A stretch of DNA of 64,000 nt from the sequence record PV764938.1. The stretch is one strand, 5' to 3'. A program made the translations under genes and the position numbers. The notes under the pieces are model-generated. The model was not told the DNA's origin. It saw nothing but the letters and a program-made list of their open reading frames with translations, and did not search any database. Positions 29,951-38,642 of the stretch are shown piece after piece; within the stretch, counting starts at the first letter, position 1; every line of letters begins with the position of its first letter.

Positions 29951-30901
29951 ATGGATATTATGCTCGACGCTTTTGATGCCCCATCGCCTGAAGAAATCAA
30001 AGAAAAGAAAAAGCTCCGAAAGAAAGAGCTAGTCAAAGGTAAAAAGCCTATCTATGTTGATAGGGAATCTATCGGCGAGCAATCCGGCGACGTTGCCAAC
30101 CGACCTAACAAACGTATCTCTCCCAAGTTCAACATCAATAGTGGGATTGATCAGTTTGTGTCGAAAGGCTATCGCTTCGGTTCATTCTTCATTAAGAGTG
30201 TGGACACTCCAAGCTTGTGTTTTCGACTTTCGAAGCAAGAGTATGGCTCTCACGGCAAGCTTTCTAAGAAATTCAATACTGATAACAATGATCCTGGTAA
30301 TGGGGCCGATTTCCCCATCAAGGATGACACAATCTCTGATTTCGGTTTCAGAGACAAAGATAAGTTTCACATGTTCTTGCATTCTCCAGTAGAAGTGGAT
30401 GATTCCCTCGAATCACTAATTTTTGAACTGGAATTTGACTCCGATACGATGTTGTCCAAAAGCGACATTCGTATGACTATGAGTAGCCCAAGTGCCGAAG
30501 ACTTGCTTAAGGTAAGAGCTGAACGTCTCGCATCGAGAACTACTCGCCCGGACTTCGAAGCTTATCGGATTGAAGTAGAACGCTTGACGAAGCTTACTCT
30601 CCAAGCTGTGCCGCATAAAATTAAGAATCATGAACTGTCGACGCAACCTGGCATGACAGTGGATCATATCTTTTCGGTATACCACGGTTACCGTTATGGT
30701 GTCCCAGCGCACGTAATCGCACACCAATGCAATTTGCAATGGTTGGTTGGTACCGGACCAGACGGTAATTTTTCGAAGAACAAAGCAAGCTGGCAGACGC
30801 CATTTGAGCTAGTTAAGGCTTATTGCGAAGCTACAGGTGAGGACAAGACTGTCGTAGCAAGCTCCATTAACAAAGAGCTGTATTTCGACGACCAGCTTTA
30901 A
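29951..30901 (+). CDS. Putative HNH-type (homing) endonuclease
   Basis: C-terminal VDHIFSVYHGY...AHQCNLQWL...NFSK; AT-richer than neighbours; inserted between folE and queE. Confidence 0.6.
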   Translation: MDIMLDAFDAPSPEEIKEKKKLRKKELVKGKKPIYVDRESIGEQSGDVANRPNKRISPKFNINSGIDQFVSKGYRFGSFFIKSVDTPSLCFRLSKQEYGSHGKLSKKFNTDNNDPGNGADFPIKDDTISDFGFRDKDKFHMFLHSPVEVDDSLESLIFELEFDSDTMLSKSDIRMTMSSPSAEDLLKVRAERLASRTTRPDFEAYRIEVERLTKLTLQAVPHKIKNHELSTQPGMTVDHIFSVYHGYRYGVPAHVIAHQCNLQWLVGTGPDGNFSKNKASWQTPFELVKAYCEATGEDKTVVASSINKELYFDDQL

Positions 30902-30954
30902 ATTGAATTTTATCTACCTGTTCTGTTAGGATGGGTAGAAATTAGGAGTTCCAA

Positions 30955-32073
30955 ATGTTTGGTAAAAACGAAATCGTTGGCAAGAAGTATTTCAAAGATG
31001 CCGACAAGCAACAGATGTTCGTGACCTCGATGTTCATGACTCTGCAGGGCGAAGGCCCTTATCGCGGTATGCCCGCGTTTTTCATTCGTCTCGCAAAGTG
31101 CAACCTGGCTTGCAGCTTCTGCGATACATTCTTCGATGACGGTGACTGGTTGACCTTCGATCAAATCGAAGAGCGCATCGAAACAACCATCGATGATTTC
31201 TACAAGAGCATCGATATGGATCGCCCGGACTGGACTAAAACAATTTATGAAGATACCGTTATGGTATCTACTGTAATAAACCAATCAATGTTTGCTGATA
31301 CTAAGGTGAAATTTGATTCGAACAGAATCAAAGCTGACACTACTTATGCCGATATTCTTAATATGAATATTGAAGATGGTATCATTTCAAAAGAAGAAGC
31401 AATGGTTCTGAAATTATCTGCATCAGATAGTTTACATGACGCTGTTATGCAGAAGGTTTATTCTCCTAGAAAAGTAAAAACCAAAAAGCGCATGGTTCTC
31501 GTAATGACCGGCGGTGAACCCATGTTGCAGGACAACATTGGTCCCTTCCTCGAGCGTATGGCTGGCATTTTCGAGAACACGCAGATTGAGTCCAACGGCA
31601 CGCAGAACACTGCGATTCCTGAATCCACAACTTTGGTGATCTCGCCGAAGTGTGCGGAGAAGAAGGATTCCGTAACGGGCGAAATGATTGCCACCAAGTA
31701 CCTGACTCCTCGTAAGGAAGTGCTTGAACGCGCAAGCTGCTTGAAGTTCGTCATGGAAGCCAACTCGGATTCCCCATATAGCGTGGTTCCGGATTGGGCG
31801 CACGAATGGGCCAAGGTCTTCAACAGACCGATCTTTGTAAGCCCAATGAACGAGTACAACGCGATCCCGCAGAAGTCCAAGCAAAAGCGTGCAACGAGCA
31901 ATCAGATCACGCTGGACGAGCGTTCTACGGTCGATGAAGTCATCAGCTTCTGGGAACCTGGTCTCCTCAATATGGCGGAGAACCAAAAGAACCACGAATA
32001 TGCGGCTCGCTATTGTGTCACGCACGGCTTCATTCTGAATCTCCAGATTCACCTGTATGCGAGCCTGGCATGA
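30955..32073 (+). CDS. queE: 7-carboxy-7-deazaguanine synthase (radical SAM) with an internal AT-rich insertion
   Basis: TLQGEGP, FIRLAKCNLACSFCDT, VMTGGEP, IESNGT, LNLQIH. Confidence 0.9.
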   Translation: MFGKNEIVGKKYFKDADKQQMFVTSMFMTLQGEGPYRGMPAFFIRLAKCNLACSFCDTFFDDGDWLTFDQIEERIETTIDDFYKSIDMDRPDWTKTIYEDTVMVSTVINQSMFADTKVKFDSNRIKADTTYADILNMNIEDGIISKEEAMVLKLSASDSLHDAVMQKVYSPRKVKTKKRMVLVMTGGEPMLQDNIGPFLERMAGIFENTQIESNGTQNTAIPESTTLVISPKCAEKKDSVTGEMIATKYLTPRKEVLERASCLKFVMEANSDSPYSVVPDWAHEWAKVFNRPIFVSPMNEYNAIPQKSKQKRATSNQITLDERSTVDEVISFWEPGLLNMAENQKNHEYAARYCVTHGFILNLQIHLYASLA

Positions 32074-32279
32074 CCGTAAAGTTCAACACGCTGATTTCAA
32101 TACCAACGGATTGGGGCCATAACTCGGCCCTGATCCTTAAATCGGAAATCGCCGGAATTGCGGTAGAGGACGGCAATGTGTTGAAAGTTATAATGAAGGG
32201 TGGAAACTCCTATACCGCATATGTGAATGATGCGGCCGACCTTCAGGCACAAATCGTTTTAGAAATGGGATGGGATTAA
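32070..32279 (+). CDS. Small hypothetical protein (paralogue of the next gene)
   Basis: LKSEIAGI...EMGW. Confidence 0.55.
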   Translation: MTVKFNTLISIPTDWGHNSALILKSEIAGIAVEDGNVLKVIMKGGNSYTAYVNDAADLQAQIVLEMGWD

Positions 32280-32512
32280 TGTCGGAACCTACTAAGTTCT
32301 CGCAAGCAATTGTTATTCGTCAATATGGTTCGGTTTCCGGAATCGTTTTGAAGTCCGAGATCATCGGCGTGTCCATAGCAACGGATAACGAATACATCGT
32401 TTACATCCACTTGCGTAACGGCCACAAAGTTGAGCATTTCGTAGACAGTGACGATTCCGATGCAATCTCCGACGAGGTTGTTCGCATCGCTTCGGAAATG
32501 GGCTGGTATTAA
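32279..32512 (+). CDS. Small hypothetical protein (paralogue of the previous gene)
   Basis: LKSEIIGV...EMGW. Confidence 0.55.
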   Translation: MSEPTKFSQAIVIRQYGSVSGIVLKSEIIGVSIATDNEYIVYIHLRNGHKVEHFVDSDDSDAISDEVVRIASEMGWY

Positions 32513-32556
32513 AATATTGGCCCCTTAGTCGAACCAGTGCTAGGGTGAGAATACAG

Positions 32557-32793
32557 ATGAGCATTTATAAGCTGGATCCGTTGGTCGCTTACGACCACGA
32601 TCAAGGCGCATTCATGTTTTACGGTGAGGATCTCCGAATGATCCCATCCCACTATGTAAGTCGTTTTGAAGCAGGAGATGACCATATTGCCGTGGTCTGC
32701 GAAACCAAGTACCTCAAGGAAACAATTCGTTTTGAATGTGATAATCCGGTTTCCCTTTGTGAGAAGCTTACTTCAATTCTTGAGGATTTCTGA
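32557..32793 (+). CDS. Small hypothetical protein
   Basis: ORF in operon. Confidence 0.5.
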   Translation: MSIYKLDPLVAYDHDQGAFMFYGEDLRMIPSHYVSRFEAGDDHIAVVCETKYLKETIRFECDNPVSLCEKLTSILEDF

Positions 32794-32962
32794 CGTAGGT
32801 CGCGAAAGGCTGTTCCGGTTGGAAATCAACCGGACGCTAACTATGGAAGAGATGACTGCACTGTGGCAAGCATTCTCCCATAACAAGGTCATGAGCGAAC
32901 AAATGTATGAGAGCCTGCCTGCTTCGTTGAAGGCAATGGCGACTCAAGAAAGAATTCGATGA
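32666..32962 (+). CDS. Hypothetical protein (start uncertain, possibly GTG 32738 or later)
   Basis: Fills the gap and overlaps the next start (ATGA). Confidence 0.4.
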   Translation: MKQEMTILPWSAKPSTSRKQFVLNVIIRFPFVRSLLQFLRISDVGRERLFRLEINRTLTMEEMTALWQAFSHNKVMSEQMYESLPASLKAMATQERIR

Positions 32963-33711
32963 AGAAGAATCCACTTATCCCATTCGGACTTAACCCAGCG
33001 AATTGGGGATTGCGCGGCAAGAATCGCGAAATCGCAGAAGCCCAATACACGCTTACGGGCGAAGACCTTGATCGTCGTCTCCTCGAGATTGACTACCAGG
33101 GTATCCTGACGCCAATCGACGAGAAGGATTTCAAGCTGAAGAAGCTCGGCTTGGATCTCAAGTACGCGAAGATTCAAAAGGTCGACTACGATAAAGCCGT
33201 AGCTGCACTCGAATATCCGAATAAGAAATCACCCGAATATAAGAAGGCAATTCTGGAAGTTCGTTTCGAGCACGGTGAAGTCGAACAAATCGACTACGAC
33301 AAGGCGCTGGTTGAGCTCCAGTACAAGGACAAGAACTCCGTCGAGTACCAAATTGCGATCGCCAATATTGATCGTGCTCACGGCAAACTGTCCGAGCGGG
33401 AATATTCTAAGGCAATTGCCACGATCAAGAATGAACCCTGGGTCAGCATTATCGAGGCCAAAATCGATTACAACGCCGACACCGGCAATGGTTTCGAGTT
33501 CGAACTCGACTGGAATCAGGCATTCGTTGAGGACCTCGTCCGTAATGGATGGCACGGTCCATCCCAGGCTGACATTGTGGACCAGTGGTTCACGCAGACA
33601 TGCCAAGACGTCTTCAACAGCGATCCGGAATTCTTCGATCCCGAAGGCGTAACTCAACAGACAAGCACAACACGTCGCAAAACTGATGGCGACAAAACGG
33701 AGTTTTCCTAA
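32959..33711 (+). CDS. Conserved phage hypothetical protein with internal helical repeats
   Basis: Repeats VDYDKAVAALEY / IDYDKALVELQY; C-terminal FELDWN...IVDQWF. Confidence 0.7.
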   Translation: MKKNPLIPFGLNPANWGLRGKNREIAEAQYTLTGEDLDRRLLEIDYQGILTPIDEKDFKLKKLGLDLKYAKIQKVDYDKAVAALEYPNKKSPEYKKAILEVRFEHGEVEQIDYDKALVELQYKDKNSVEYQIAIANIDRAHGKLSEREYSKAIATIKNEPWVSIIEAKIDYNADTGNGFEFELDWNQAFVEDLVRNGWHGPSQADIVDQWFTQTCQDVFNSDPEFFDPEGVTQQTSTTRRKTDGDKTEFS

Positions 33712-34226
33712 TGAAGGTCATTAATATCTTTGGCGGACCCGGCGCGGGCAAATCTACAACCGCTGCCGGTATCTTCTACAAGATGAAGCAAAAAGGCATC
33801 AACGTAGAACTGGTAACCGAATATGCCAAGGATATGACCTGGGAAGGTCGCATGAATATTCTTGGCGATCAGCTCTACGTACTTGCAAAGCAACAGCGTC
33901 GTGTAAGCCGTCTCGAAGGCAAGGTCGATTATGTGGTCACCGATGCTCCGTTCTTCTTGGGTCTCGTCTATATGGAACCCGATTACTTGAAGACATTCGA
34001 ACCACTCGTCCTCGAGGCATGGGAACGCTACGACAACCACTGTTTCATGCTAAACCGACAGAACATTGCGTTCCAAGAAGTCGGCCGTAATCAGGACGCT
34101 GATGGCGCCAAGGCCATCGATGACAAACTCCATCGTCTCCTGAACTCCCGTCGAATTCCTTTCACGGAAATCATCACGTCGGACTCCGCTGTCGACGAGA
34201 TCCTGAATCACTTGAAAATTGACTAA
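33711..34226 (+). CDS. P-loop NTPase/kinase (NadR/AAA_28-like)
   Basis: INIFGGPGAGKST, ELVTEYAK, VVTDAP. Confidence 0.75.
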   Translation: MKVINIFGGPGAGKSTTAAGIFYKMKQKGINVELVTEYAKDMTWEGRMNILGDQLYVLAKQQRRVSRLEGKVDYVVTDAPFFLGLVYMEPDYLKTFEPLVLEAWERYDNHCFMLNRQNIAFQEVGRNQDADGAKAIDDKLHRLLNSRRIPFTEIITSDSAVDEILNHLKID

Positions 34227-34271
34227 ACTGTCCTGTTTTCGCTAAAATAGGTAAAAGTTTAGGAATTTCAT

Positions 34272-35330
34272 ATGAGCACATATCTTATTGTAGACCTCTC
34301 TAATATGGCGCACCGTATGCTTCACGGCACTCAGGGCACCATCGACATCAAAGCGGGCATGGCCCTGCACATCACTTTGAATGCTCTGCGTGCAAGCTGG
34401 AAGAAATTCAAAGCTGACCATATCGTGTTTTGTCTCGAGGGTCGCTCCTGGCGCAAAGACGTCTATAAGGAGTACAAGGCTCAGCGTATCGTGCAACAGG
34501 CAACGCTGAGCAAAAAGGAACGCGAGGACAACGAGCTGTTCTTCTCCACGTTCGACACTTTCATGGACTTTATCCGTGAGAAGACCAACGCAACAGTTCT
34601 TCAATGCCCAACTGCTGAAGCCGACGATATGATTGCGCGTTGGATCCAAGTGCATCCGGACGATTCGCACATCATTATTAGTTCGGACCGTGACTTCTTC
34701 CAGCTGCTCACGGATAAGGTCAAGATGTACGATGGTGTCAGGGGTTGGACAATCTCAACCGATGGTTACTTCGACGACAAGGATCAACCCGTAGTTGTTA
34801 AGAAGAACATCAACGTAACGGACAAGACCGGCAAAAAGACGAAGAAGGCTGTTTCCGTCGCAATGGATAAGCCAGACCCCGAATATGCTTTGTTCACAAA
34901 AATTATTCGTGGTGACGCCAGCGACAACATTATGAGCGCGTTTCCGGGCGTTCGCGAGAATGGTTCGGCTAAAAAGCCGGGGATCAAAGAAGCCTATGAG
35001 GACCGTCATGCCAGGGGTTTCAACTGGAACAACTTTATGTTGCAGGAATGGAACAAGCTTATCGGCGCCGATGAAGACGGAAACCCGTTAACAAAGCGCG
35101 TTCGCGTGCTGGATGAGTTTAACTTCAATAAGCAGTTGGTCGACCTGACTCAGCAACCGCAGGAAGTAAAACTGGCAATGGACGAAACCATCTACACGGC
35201 TGTATCAAAGGATAAAGTTTCGATGGTAGGTATTTGGTTTCTTAGATTTACTGAAGAAATGAGCTTGTTCAACATCGGCAAGAATCCAACCGACTATGCG
35301 GCGATGCTGTCGGCACCATACGCAAAATAA
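34272..35330 (+). CDS. rnh: T4-type RNase H / 5'-3' exonuclease
   Basis: LIVDLSN, EADDMIA, SSDRDFFQL, IRGDASDNI. Confidence 0.88.
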   Translation: MSTYLIVDLSNMAHRMLHGTQGTIDIKAGMALHITLNALRASWKKFKADHIVFCLEGRSWRKDVYKEYKAQRIVQQATLSKKEREDNELFFSTFDTFMDFIREKTNATVLQCPTAEADDMIARWIQVHPDDSHIIISSDRDFFQLLTDKVKMYDGVRGWTISTDGYFDDKDQPVVVKKNINVTDKTGKKTKKAVSVAMDKPDPEYALFTKIIRGDASDNIMSAFPGVRENGSAKKPGIKEAYEDRHARGFNWNNFMLQEWNKLIGADEDGNPLTKRVRVLDEFNFNKQLVDLTQQPQEVKLAMDETIYTAVSKDKVSMVGIWFLRFTEEMSLFNIGKNPTDYAAMLSAPYAK

Positions 35331-35521
35331 ATCTTGTATATTGGTGTTGACTACTGAGTGGAATCCGTTTACTTCTTGCTCTGTTAACAAATCACCGAGG
35401 CTTTTGATAGGGCATAAGCCTTGGTCGGTTTTGGCGGGATTCTAACGGGGGTAGCGGTCATGCGTGTATAAGCAAAGTTGCATATTCGTCGAGGGTTACA
35501 ATAAAGCAGTGGATCGCAAAA

Positions 35522-35983
35522 ATGGAATACAGCAAGCCAAAGTTCTTCAGGTATCATTACGAGATTGGGTTCCCCAAGTATGTCGGGGAAATGTGCCTGG
35601 ACTTCTTTCAGAACTTTGAAGAAGTGAAGACTACCTTTCACAGTGCCAACCAGCTTATGGATGAACGCAACGGGACTATCCCACTGCCGTCCCGTGCAGA
35701 CTTGCTGCATCCGTCGAATACGCTTGTCGAGATCTACGAAGTAGTCGATAAGTACGACATGCCCTCGAAAGTTATGCAAAAGGCGCTCGTGCGCGTCCAT
35801 CACTTGGACTCCGAAAAGGACTTTGCTTATGTGGTCGCCCGTGACGGCTTTTTGATCTCGGCGTGGGCCAACGACAAAAACGACATCCACCGGCTCGAAC
35901 AGCGCGATGTCTACTTCTCAAACTTCCTTCAGGAAAACATCGAGGTTCCTGACATACTAAAAGACATTGAATCTGAGGAATAA
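35522..35983 (+). CDS. Hypothetical protein
   Basis: ORF; C-terminal YVVARDGFLISAWANDKNDIH. Confidence 0.55.
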   Translation: MEYSKPKFFRYHYEIGFPKYVGEMCLDFFQNFEEVKTTFHSANQLMDERNGTIPLPSRADLLHPSNTLVEIYEVVDKYDMPSKVMQKALVRVHHLDSEKDFAYVVARDGFLISAWANDKNDIHRLEQRDVYFSNFLQENIEVPDILKDIESEE

Positions 35984-36445
35984 GTGGCAAAAATTTTACA
36001 GTTGACGGAGAATTCCTGGATTTTCCGTGCAGGCGATTCCAACAGCGGCATTCTCTTCAAGACAGACGAAGGTTTCATGTTCATGGGTCCTAAGACCCGG
36101 ACGACCTACGCGAGTCTCGAAGAGGTCAAAAAGAAGTACGGCAACATCAAAGTTGTCGAGCGTGAGGAAGTCGTCGACAACAGCACCCTCAACGGCTATC
36201 CCGTAAAACATGCGGTGATCACAAAGGTCACCGACATGCCTCCGGTCTATACGAAGGATAACGGCAAAACCGAATACGTGGCCGGCTATTGGGGCTTGCT
36301 GTTCCAGCAGGGATGGACCCAAGCGTTCTGTCCGAAAAAGGCAACGATCGACGCTTATGAGAGCGTCGGTCCATTCAAAAATCGTCTTGAGATGCTGAAC
36401 CATCTCAGCACATTGAACACAAATGCGAATCTGAAAAAGCTATGA
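35984..36445 (+). CDS. Conserved phage hypothetical protein
   Basis: GTG start after GAGG; VAGYWGL...WTQAFCPK...Y..VGPFK. Confidence 0.65.
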   Translation: MAKILQLTENSWIFRAGDSNSGILFKTDEGFMFMGPKTRTTYASLEEVKKKYGNIKVVEREEVVDNSTLNGYPVKHAVITKVTDMPPVYTKDNGKTEYVAGYWGLLFQQGWTQAFCPKKATIDAYESVGPFKNRLEMLNHLSTLNTNANLKKL

Positions 36446-36687
36446 GTAAGCCCGTAGACGTTCCAAGCAGTGTAGCTCGCTACATTGCTAAAGTCCAGTC
36501 CGCCAATAATCGCGGATCAAAGGACGTTACGCTCAGCATTCAAGAAGCGATCGATCTGTCTGCGGCCCTTACGCTTATGCTGTCCAAGCAAAGTTCTCTC
36601 CTCGAGGATATTGTTGACCTCCAAAAGCGTGTTGCGGCTGGGCCAACTGAAATTATCCTCGACGGGGGAACCCTTGCTAAAAATTGA
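36442..36687 (+). CDS. Hypothetical protein
   Basis: ATGA coupling; C-terminal IILDGG. Confidence 0.6.
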   Translation: MSKPVDVPSSVARYIAKVQSANNRGSKDVTLSIQEAIDLSAALTLMLSKQSSLLEDIVDLQKRVAAGPTEIILDGGTLAKN

Positions 36688-37573
36688 CATTTGCAGCGAT
36701 CTCCATGTTGATCGCCACCACAGCGCAACCAAGCCTCTGATCCTACCCGGTGATGGTCCCTCACATTGGCCCGTCGGCCATGTAGGTGATCGTGACAAGT
36801 ATTTCCACTTTGACTTCGAGTGGTATCGTACAGCTGGCTCCAACGTCCTTATCATCGCTGGTGATATTAGCGATCACCTAAGTGATGTGCAGGATGTGGT
36901 AACTCACGCGGCCAAGTTCTACGAACACGTTGTAATCGTTGACGGAAACCATGAGCATCATGGCCACGCCGAAACCGCTTGCATCGATGATACCATCGAC
37001 CTGATTTCCGATATGAAGATCAGCATTCCTAACCTGATCTATTTGGATGGGTATCACGACGCTCGGCAGGATATCGGTCGCACCGCGTTTATCGGTGGTA
37101 ACTGCTGGTACGATTGGCGCTGCTATGAACCCAAGGGAATCATGTTCCCAGAAGTATTTGCAAGCTGGGATGACCACAGCAACGATACCAAGTTGGATTT
37201 TGGTGTTCATGGCTGGCCCAGCGAGTACGGTGCGGTTCAGGTCCAAGCTCTCTTGGATAATTTCGAGGAAGCAAACAGGAACCCAAATATTGACTCCATC
37301 GTCCTAGTCACGCATAGTGCTCCATTAGCGGAATGTCTGAGATGGTACGAGGACAATCATGCTTGGAACGTCGGATCTCCATCCTACGTGAACAGCGAGC
37401 TATCCAAACTCTTTGAGGCAAACACAAATGGTAAACTCAAACTTTGGGCATACGGTCACACTCACACTCGACGGACCTGGTCCCATAAGGGTGTGACACT
37501 GGTAAATAACTGCTACGGCTACCCCAGAGAAAATCTGGGCGGCTGGTCAATGGTAAATGTTGAGGTGATTTAA
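36674..37573 (+). CDS. Calcineurin-like metallophosphoesterase
   Basis: SDLHVD, AGDISD, DGNHEHH, VTHSAP, YGHTH; probable TTG start at 36674. Confidence 0.85.
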   Translation: MLKIDICSDLHVDRHHSATKPLILPGDGPSHWPVGHVGDRDKYFHFDFEWYRTAGSNVLIIAGDISDHLSDVQDVVTHAAKFYEHVVIVDGNHEHHGHAETACIDDTIDLISDMKISIPNLIYLDGYHDARQDIGRTAFIGGNCWYDWRCYEPKGIMFPEVFASWDDHSNDTKLDFGVHGWPSEYGAVQVQALLDNFEEANRNPNIDSIVLVTHSAPLAECLRWYEDNHAWNVGSPSYVNSELSKLFEANTNGKLKLWAYGHTHTRRTWSHKGVTLVNNCYGYPRENLGGWSMVNVEVI

Positions 37574-37670
37574 TGGGCGTTGATACTATTACTGGAGTTG
37601 ACGAGACTGTGCTGGCACCCAAGATGTAAAGTCCGGGAGTGGTTCCCGGCCTTACATTGTGGAGGTCAAC

Positions 37671-37985
37671 ATGCACAGAGATAGAGCTTGGCGTAGGAGC
37701 CAGCGTGAAAAGAAGATCCAGCGCGTTTATACATGGATGCGCGATCGCAATTGGTATATGTGGCGGGCAGCTACGGATTCAGTTTATCGCCATGAAGAAC
37801 TGATGAAAACAGCACGGGCACGCCATAGTGCACCAAAATCCTGCAGCGGTTGGTGCTGCGGAAATCCTCGCAAACATTTCGGAACCGATGATCTCAACGA
37901 GATCCGTTTCTCTTTTAGCTGCGAGGAACAATATTCGGAAAACTCACTCAGAAAAGACTTCGGCAAACGAAGCAAAAGGTGGTGA
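37671..37985 (+). CDS. Basic hypothetical protein with CSxxCCGNPR motif
   Basis: GGAGGT RBS; SCSGWCCGNPRKH. Confidence 0.65.
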   Translation: MHRDRAWRRSQREKKIQRVYTWMRDRNWYMWRAATDSVYRHEELMKTARARHSAPKSCSGWCCGNPRKHFGTDDLNEIRFSFSCEEQYSENSLRKDFGKRSKRW

Positions 37986-37988
37986 CAC

Positions 37989-38246
37989 ATGGCTAAAGAG
38001 GTCAAAATCTACGTAACTCTGGGTTGCCCATTCTGCCGTAAAGCGATGGAATGGCTGTCCAAGTATGAAGTCGAACATACTCGCATTGTGTTCGAGGATT
38101 CTGCCAGCAAGATGGCTTTCTATGCGGCAAACGAAGGCGTTCATACGGTTCCACAGATTTTCGTGGACGGCGTGCGTATTGGTGGTTGGTCGGATCTCCA
38201 AACACACGATTTCAAGCGCGAAATCGAAGAAAACTTCGGCAAGTGA
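37989..38246 (+). CDS. grx: Glutaredoxin
   Basis: GCPFC active site, TVPQIF, IGGW. Confidence 0.9.
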   Translation: MAKEVKIYVTLGCPFCRKAMEWLSKYEVEHTRIVFEDSASKMAFYAANEGVHTVPQIFVDGVRIGGWSDLQTHDFKREIEENFGK

Positions 38247-38348
38247 TTTGAACATGGCTCGGAAAACGCTCCGAGCCATTTCCATGTCAGAAACGTTTTT
38301 CCTAATAAATACTAACATAACACATACCCGAATTTGAGAGCGAAAAAC

Positions 38349-38642
38349 ATGAGCCGTCCAAAGCCTACAGTCATCCTCGACTACACCGACCCAAAGACAT
38401 ACAAGAGTGAGCAGGTTTTGGCTGCTGATGCAGTCTATGCGGTCTTCTATGATGGAAAGCCTATCAATTTGCGTAGCCTGAACAGCCTGATCAACTATCC
38501 GGGTCCCAAGTATAAGAAGTGCTCTTTCGGGAACAAAGGTCATGCTTTCAACTTGGCGGAGAAGCTGAACAAGCTTTTCAAGACGGATAAGTTCAAGGTT
38601 TTCAAGCTCACGCAGGGTCAAGAGATTTCTGAGAAGGAATAA
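38349..38642 (+). CDS. Conserved jumbo-phage hypothetical protein
   Basis: MSRPKPTVIL...GPKYKK..F.NKGHAFNLAEKLN; TAAATA upstream. Confidence 0.7.
   Translation: MSRPKPTVILDYTDPKTYKSEQVLAADAVYAVFYDGKPINLRSLNSLINYPGPKYKKCSFGNKGHAFNLAEKLNKLFKTDKFKVFKLTQGQEISEKE

Noticed and set aside
21566-32073. Inteins or group I introns in polB, queE (or thyA, clpA)
   Set aside because: The insertions lack Cys/Ser N-terminal and His-Asn C-terminal splice motifs and LAGLIDADG blocks; the reading frames are uninterrupted.
35343-35521. 180-nt ORF-free gap with a 10-bp hairpin (ACCGAGGCTT/AAGCCTTGGT)
   Set aside because: A single hairpin plus a likely promoter; insufficient evidence for an RNA gene.
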